Notes under the pieces: model-generated
Told to the model about the DNA's origin: nothing
Databases searched by the model: none
The model's input: the letters and a program-made list of their open reading frames with translations, nothing else
Translations under genes and position numbers: made by a program
Assembly: GCA_028534125.1 (NCBI GenBank)
Contig: CM052832.1
Coordinates: forward strand, 22,012,185 to 22,076,000
Direction: 5' to 3'
DNA: 63,816 nt
Source: Lama glama
Taxonomy: Eukaryota
Part shown: positions 63,177 to 63,816 of the stretch, piece after piece
How positions within the stretch are numbered: position 1 is the stretch's first letter
How the letters are laid out: each line of letters opens with the position of its first letter

Positions 63177-63816
63177 CAGGAGCCATGGCCTCCCCATTCT
63201 CAAGGCCCCGTTGGCACTTCCTGCCGACACCGTACAACCCAGGGCTAGATGAGTCTTGTTTTCCATCCGACTCCTGTTTAGTCTTGCTTGCGACTCAGCT
63301 TGTGTTTAAAGCCTGTCTCCCCAAACAGACTGTAAACTCAAGAGTGGGCGGATCACACCTCATTCTTCTTTTGCATCCCCAACAGGAAGACTGGGGTGCC
63401 AAGCACACTGTGGGTGTCCAATGAAAATGCCCCTTCTCGAGTATTCGAGAGTCCATGACGTAGAAGGCATTGCAAGGACGATACGGTGAGAAAACCACAG
63501 AGTAGTTTCTTGAAGCTTGTGGGTTTGAAGGAATAGTTAAGTCAAGGACATGGACGATGAGGATGTCCGGTCGGTCGGTGAAGATGTGCTCCAGGGAAGA
63601 AGCAGTGACTTGAGGGAAGGGAGGGGCCCAAGGCCCTTGGGAGTCAGGGCAGGCCCTGTGCAGGTGTCCCTGATGGGCCAGCGGGAAGGATGGCAGCAAG
63701 AGCAGGAAGTAGAATGGGAGGAGAAAGAATCCACTGGCAGACACACGCACCAGAGGGGCAGCTGAGCCTCCTTGAACTCTGCCCCCTGCCACTAGCCCAG
63801 CTGGGAGAATGGGAAG

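Larger units (their letters stand above)
18546..63816 (-). other. E2F3: E2F3 intron 1 (partial; exons 1a/1b lie beyond the window)
   Basis: No E2F3a/b N-terminal exon or large promoter CpG island seen; the long first intron is known in mammals. Confidence 0.85.

Noticed and set aside
1..63816. CRISPR array, prokaryotic system, NUMT, processed pseudogene or intact endogenous retrovirus
   Set aside because: No regularly spaced repeats, mitochondrial-like sequence, recognisable retrocopy or long viral ORFs seen by eye; a highly degraded copy could be missed without a BLAST search

Overview
Mammalian genomic DNA, probably camelid: it carries tRNA-derived Vic-1-type SINEs and artiodactyl-type L1 3' ends, and I see no Alu, B1/B2, Bov-tA, PRE1 or CanSINE. 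The window holds the 3' part of the E2F3 transcription factor gene on the minus strand. Coding exons 2-7 lie at 18545 down to 9510 (112, 220, 159, 115, 136 and 263 coding nt) and splice into one intact frame covering the cyclin A RxL/NLS motif, DNA-binding domain, dimerisation/marked box and pocket-protein-binding C-terminus. A ~3.1 kb 3' UTR ends near 6383, and about 45 kb of the long first intron follows exon 2; exons 1a/1b are not in the window. The most notable feature is intron 4 (12533-15527), a minor-spliceosome U12 AT-AC intron. It has a possible frame-preserving overlapping GT-AG alternative and a 69-nt Z-DNA-prone tract near its 5' end. The 3' UTR carries two Pumilio elements, many miRNA seed sites, a compact RNA G-quadruplex motif and candidate proximal poly(A) signals. 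The rest is mostly old interspersed repeats, plus an intragenic CpG island and candidate enhancers. I found no convincing wholly new biological system. Repeat family names and comparisons with human come from recall, not database searches, and repeat boundaries are approximate.
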